Below are positions 59,175 through 63,845 of a DNA stretch of 63,845 nucleotides, piece by piece. Position 1 is the stretch's first letter, and each line of letters begins with the position of its first letter. Location: NCBI RefSeq assembly GCF_011386835.1, contig NC_088807.1, forward strand, positions 23,188,001-23,251,845, written 5' to 3'. Below the pieces are notes generated by a model, which had not been told where the DNA came from, did no database searches, and worked only from the letters and a program-made list of their open reading frames with translations. This DNA comes from Chrysemys picta bellii (taxonomy: Eukaryota). A program made the position numbers and the translations under genes.

Positions 59175-59630
59175 AGGAACGGGGAGCTGGGGGGCAGGGA
59201 GCTGCTGTTCCCTAGGTTGGGGGCTAGGCGGGATCTGGGGGGCAAGGGGGAGATGGGGGCAGGGAGCTGCTGTTCCCCAGGTTTGGGGGCTAGGCGGGAT
59301 CTGGGGGGCAGGGGGGAGATGGGGGCAGGGAGCTGCTGTTCCCCAGGTTTGGGGGCTAGGCGGGATCGAGGGGGGAGATGGGGGGCAGGGAGCTGCTGTT
59401 CCCCAGGTTTGGGGGCTAGGCGGGATCTGGGGGGAGGGGGAAGATGGGGGGCAGGGGACTGCTGTTCCCCAGGTTTGGGGGCTAGGCGGGATCTGGGGGG
59501 AGGGGGGAGATGGGGGGCAGGGAGCTGCTGTTCCCCAGGTTTGGGGGCTAGGCGGGATCTGGGGGGAGATGGGGGGCAGGGAGCTGCTGTTCCCCAGGTT
59601 TGGGGGCTAGGCGGGATCTGGGGGGCAGGG
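59175..59630. repeat. ~60-bp GGGAGCTGCTGTTCCCCAGGTTTGGGGGCTAGGCGGGATC minisatellite
   Basis: About 7 units. Confidence 0.9.
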
Positions 59631-60964
59631 GAAGGGCGATCTCATTGCTGGCTCATGGGACTCCCTGAGATTTCCCTTTCCCAGGCTGGGCCGCCCTCCC
59701 CCCCAGCTGCGCCACGGCCCCCCACTCCTCCAAGGGGAGACCCCTGTCAGTGACATGTAGCCCCCCACCCCCCAGGGCAGATCAGCTGCCCCCAGCTGAG
59801 AAGCACCTGCCGTGCTTAGCGGCCGGGGACATAATTAGCCACCCACTGCCCTGGGGGACTGTGTTAATTAACCCCCAGCCTCCTCCCCTAACGAGCGAGG
59901 GGACGCAGGCTCCCCAAGATCAGAACCTGTAATACATTTACTGAGCGATTATCTTCCCCAGCCGGCCCTCAGGGGCTGGAGCTGCAGCCACCTCTGGGGT
60001 GGGGCACAGGGGCTGGGTATCCGGGGACCCCTCACAACGGCCAATTTGGATTTCAAAGTGGCCAGCGCCCGAGAAGCCCCCGGGGCCCTTGGGCAGCCGG
60101 TCCGAGGGTTCATTCCCCTCCACGTGCGCCCCCTTTTCACCCTAGGGTTCGTCTCACTCCACCGTCCAGCCGTGGGGCCGGGTTCGACCTGCCTCTGCCC
60201 GCCTGGGGCACCTGTGATGAAATATTCGATCCTAGAGCCGGGGGTCGAGTCCCCCCCGAACCGTCTCAGCGACAGCTGGAGTCCCTGGTGTCTCTCACCC
60301 TCCGACAGGTTTTCAAACCCTTCACTCGCCCCCTGGCTCTTCTCCGGCCCCTCTGCCGTTTCGCCACATCCCCCCGGCCTTGCAGGCCCCAGAGCTGGGC
60401 GCAGGATCCGCCCCCGGGGCCAGATCCAGAGGCCGAACCACCTCTCTGCTCCCACGCGGGGATCCCCGCTGGAAGCGTCCCAGGGTCCAGGTTAGTCTGA
60501 GAGGCTCCATTGTCCAGAAACGCAAGTTGCGTGGCATTAATTATGTTTCCCCTCCGAGTCTTGGATCAGCTGCTCCACTGTCGTGCCCAGGATCGAGGTC
60601 AGGCCGACCCGGGTCCCCCTTTTTAAATATTGCCCCCACATTCGCTTTCTCCCCCGGGCTCCGAAACGGATCGAAAAGCAACGGTCACGGGCCCACCGGC
60701 TCTTTTCAAACTCTTGGCTAGAGCCCTGAGCGGAGAGGCGATTTCGATCCGCGGCGCTACAGGGCTCCGGCGCCGAGCGAGACCAGCGCGGCCCGGGGCC
60801 AGGAACCGCAGCGGCGAAAGCGGCAGCAGGTCGGGCCGCCGCTCGCAGGAGCCAGCGCCCAGCGCGGGCAGCGTCCTCCGGCGCGGCCGTGCGAAGCTGA
60901 CGGTGAGGAGACACGTACCCCCCGCATAAAAAACAATGGAAACAATATTTGTTTGCAAATCATC

Positions 60965-60970
60965 TTTATT
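60965..60970 (-). terminator. HSD17B14: Candidate HSD17B14 poly(A) signal
   Basis: AATAAA on minus strand ~400 nt after the stop. Confidence 0.6.
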
Positions 60971-61365
60971 AACCCTGTGAGCTTGGGGTCCCCTATTGGC
61001 GCCCAGACCCCACCCCACACACAGAGATTGGGGTCCCCCATCACTACCCAGACCCCCACAATGGAGATTGGGGTGCCCCCTCGGTGCCCAGACCCTCTCC
61101 AGAGGCAAACCACTGCCACAGAGACCCTCAGCCTCTGGAGGGGAGTGGGGGCTAGTGGTTAGAGTGGGGGGGGGGGGCAGGACTCCTCGGTTCTCTCCCT
61201 GAGTTTGGGAGGGGGAGTGGGGCCTAGTGGGCGCAGAGGGAGGGAAATGACTCATCACCGTGAAGCATTTTGAATGCAAATAACTCGGAGGTACGGACCC
61301 TCCTGGCAAACTCCGAGCCAGCGCCAGGGAGAGAACCCAGGAGTCCTGGCTCCCCCCGCTGCCCC

Positions 61366-61516
61366 CTAGCTGGGGCCCAGCCAGCTCTTGGGGCCATAGG
61401 CCAGCTCGGCCCCCCCACTCAGCAGCAGGTCGATCCCGGTGCAGAAGGTGCCGTCGGCAACCAGGTACATCACAGCCAGGGCGCACATCCTCCGGCGTGC
61501 CCATCCGGCCCAGCAG
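61366..61516 (-). CDS. HSD17B14: HSD17B14 last exon, with an apparent +1 frameshift
   Basis: LLGRMGTPED then, one base over, CALAVMYLVADGTFCTGIDLLLSGGAELAYG..*. Confidence 0.85.
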
Positions 61517-61559
61517 CTGGGGGGGTGGGGGGAGGGAGAGAGATCAGCCACTGACCCTG

Positions 61560-61925
61560 CCCCCCCCTGCTTCCCACTCACCCTGCCCCCCCACTGAGAT
61601 CCCCCCTGCCCCTCCAGTGCCCCATCGACCCGGCCCCCCTCCTCCGCCCTCCCAATGAGATCCCCCCTCCAGCCCCCTGCTCCCCACTGAGATCCCCCCT
61701 GCCCCTCCAGTGCCCCATCGACCCGGCCCCCCTCCTCTGCCTCCCACTGAGATCCCCCTGCTCCCCACTGAGATACCACCTGCCCCTCCAGTGCCCCATC
61801 GACCCGGCCCCCCTCCTCCACCCTCCCAATGAGATCCCCCTCCAGCCCCCTGCCCCCCACTGAGATACCACCTGCCCCTCCAGTGCCCCATCGACCCGGC
61901 CCCCCTCCTCTGCCCTCCCACTTAT
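61560..61925. repeat. CCAGTGCCCCATCGACCCGGCCCCCCTCCTC minisatellite
   Basis: About 5 units. Confidence 0.85.
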
Positions 61926-62100
61926 GCCCCCACCTATGCCAGCCCCTCTCGGAGATCCCCCCACCACCTCACTTTTCCCCTCCTACTCCCCAGTTTCCTC
62001 CTCCCCCCTGAGATGCCCCCTTTCCACCAGCCCCAGCCCTTCCCCCCACCTGGGTTATGGCAAACCCCTCCCCGCCACACTTTTCCCATAATGCACTTGC

Positions 62101-62198
62101 CTGGGCATCCTTCCCAGCCTGGATCGTGGCCTCCGGATTGGCCGTCTGCCCCGGCTGTCTCCGCCCACATGGGGGTCCAGATGTTCCCAGGAGAGATA
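62101..62198 (-). CDS. HSD17B14: HSD17B14 penultimate exon (98 nt, apparent +1 frameshift, GC donor)
   Basis: ISPGNIWTPMWAETAG then, one base over, QTANPEATIQAGKDAQ; donor CAG|GCAAGT. Confidence 0.8.
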
Positions 62199-62518
62199 CT
62201 GGAGTGGTGGTGGTGGGGGGGGAGGAACCACAATCATTTGGTATCGACCCCGCCCTTAAATTCTTACCCCTTCCTGACCAAGAGACCAGGGCTGTGAGCT
62301 TCCCCACAGCAGTGCCCCCCCAGCCTGTGACACCCCCAGGGGTGCTGAGAGCTTCCCCATGACAGTGCCCCCAGCTGGTGACTGTCCCAGATGCTGCGAG
62401 CTTCCCCGCAGCAGTGCCCCCAGCCGGTGACTGTCCCAGACATTGCAAGCTTCCGCACAGCAGTTCCCCCCAGCCCTGAAGTTGTGTGTGCATGGGGGGG
62501 TTGGGGTTCATAAGATAC

Positions 62519-62586
62519 CTGTTAACTCGCACCCCGTATCTGCTCTCATCCACCGCCATGGCCTTCGTCATCGCCGTCACTGCGCC
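62519..62586 (-). CDS. HSD17B14: HSD17B14 exon (68 nt)
   Basis: GAVTAMTKAMAVDESRYGVRVN. Confidence 0.92.
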
Positions 62587-62908
62587 CTGGGGACAGACTC
62601 CAGCTCAAGGGGCTCCTGAGATACACCCCCCCCCAAACTCCAGGCCCCCGGGGGGGAGGGGAGGTCACTCGCAATAGACCCAGCCCCCAAATGTCTGATC
62701 AGCATTGGCTAGAGGCACAGGACTCCTGGGTTCTCTCCCCTGCTCTGGGAAGGGAGTGGAGGCTATTGGTGGGAGGAAGGGGGCTGGGAGCCAGGACTCC
62801 TGGGTTCTCTCCCCCGGCTCTGAGAGGGGAGTGGGGGCTAGTGGTTAGAGCGGGGGGGTGGGGCTGGGAGCCAGGACTCCTGGGTTCTCTCTCTGATTCT
62901 GCCGGTAC

Positions 62909-63013
62909 CTTGGTGGCGACGTAGGGAACAGCCTGCCTCTGTCCGATGATGCCAACGAGACTGGAGATGTTGATAATGTTGCCCCGGGTCTCCCGTAGAT
63001 AGGGCAGGGCGAA
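62909..63013 (-). CDS. HSD17B14: HSD17B14 exon with catalytic S and YxxxK (105 nt)
   Basis: [29 protein letters not shown]. Confidence 0.95.
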
Positions 63014-63526
63014 CTGCACCGGAGAGATGAGAGGGAGGAGGGGGAGATGCAGCCACTTCTGGGGGGGTGCAGGGGCTGGGTATACGGGGACCCTCCCCGG
63101 TGCTGGGCTGCGGCTGACTCTGGGGTGGAGCACGGGGGCTGGTTCTACAGGGACCCTCCCTGGCACTGGGCTGCGGCTGGCTCTGGGTGGAGCGTGGGCA
63201 GTGGTTATACGGGGAACCTCCTTGGCGCTGGGCTGCGGCTGGCTCTGGGGTGGGGCACGGGGGGCTGGTTCTACGAGGACCCTCCCCAGCGCTGGGCTGC
63301 GGCTGGCTCTGGGGTGGAGCGCGGGGGCTGGTTCTAGAGGGACCCTCCCCGGCGCTGGGCTGCGGCTAGCTCTGGGGTGGAGCGTGGGCAGTGGTTATAC
63401 GGGGAACCTCCCTGGCGCTGGGCTGCGGCTGGCTCTGGGGTGGGGCACGGGGGCTGGTTCTACGAGGACCCTCCCCAGCGCTGGGCTGCGGCTGGCTCTG
63501 GGGTGGGGCGCAGGAGCGTCTCTCAC

Positions 63527-63618
63527 CTTTGCTGTCAGGAAGTAGCCGACCAAGTTGACCTCGAGAAGTTCCCGGAAATGCTGGGAGGTGACGTCGTCGA
63601 TTTGCTCTTCGGGGGGAT
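63527..63618 (-). CDS. HSD17B14: HSD17B14 exon (92 nt); upstream exons lie beyond the window
   Basis: PPEEQIDDVTSQHFRELLEVNLVGYFLTAK; AG/GT flanks. Confidence 0.9.
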
Positions 63619-63845
63619 CTGGGGAGGGGGTGTGAAAAGCAGGACGCAGGCCCCTGAAAACGCCCCCCTCCTCCCCCGAAGCTCAGACCTGGGGATCTCC
63701 ATTTCCCCTTCCAACAGGACAGCGGGGCCCATATGCCCCCTAATTGCCCCCCAGCTCAGGGGTTCCACCCCCCATTCCAGGATGGGCCCAGGGACACCCC
63801 TCCCCGCCCCCAACGATTGGGGCAACTCACGACGTCCGGCGTTGT

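Noticed and set aside
60650-60940. Structured ncRNA gene (TERC, RMRP, RPPH1, 7SK)
   Set aside because: No template, pseudoknot, H/ACA or other conserved boxes recognisable; an Rfam scan would settle it.

Overview
Vertebrate genomic DNA, very likely a turtle GC-rich (microchromosome-type) region; the taxon call rests on a tortoise-type tRNA-derived Pol III SINE, a CR1 LINE, a Myb/SANT Harbinger, Gypsy LTRs and dense GC-rich minisatellites. The gene content matches the human 19q13.33 FUT-FGF21-BCAT2-HSD17B14 block. From left to right: (i) a ~10 kb nest of transposons (0.8-10.9 kb) inside a GGAT-rich tract; (ii) two ~10 kb tandem units, each with an intact single-coding-exon FUT2-like alpha-1,2-fucosyltransferase (344 aa, minus strand, 10 aa differences); (iii) an inverted, disabled FUT copy (plus strand) tail-to-tail with a complete 3-exon FGF21 (215 aa, minus); (iv) a minisatellite-rich interval containing a 29-unit array of CTCF-consensus motifs; (v) a complete 11-exon BCAT2 (401 aa, minus) whose redox CXXC reads CVVS; (vi) the last five exons of HSD17B14 (minus) with two apparent +1 frameshifts and a GC donor. 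Six N gaps all fall in GGAT/CCAT tracts. All coordinates, counts and alignments were made by eye; no database searches were run. The most notable observations are the co-oriented CTCF-motif minisatellites, FGF21 3'UTR/poly(A) fragments carried in the FUT duplication units, the disrupted HSD17B14, and a 309-bp fold-back element with TG..CA ends and a 5-bp TSD.
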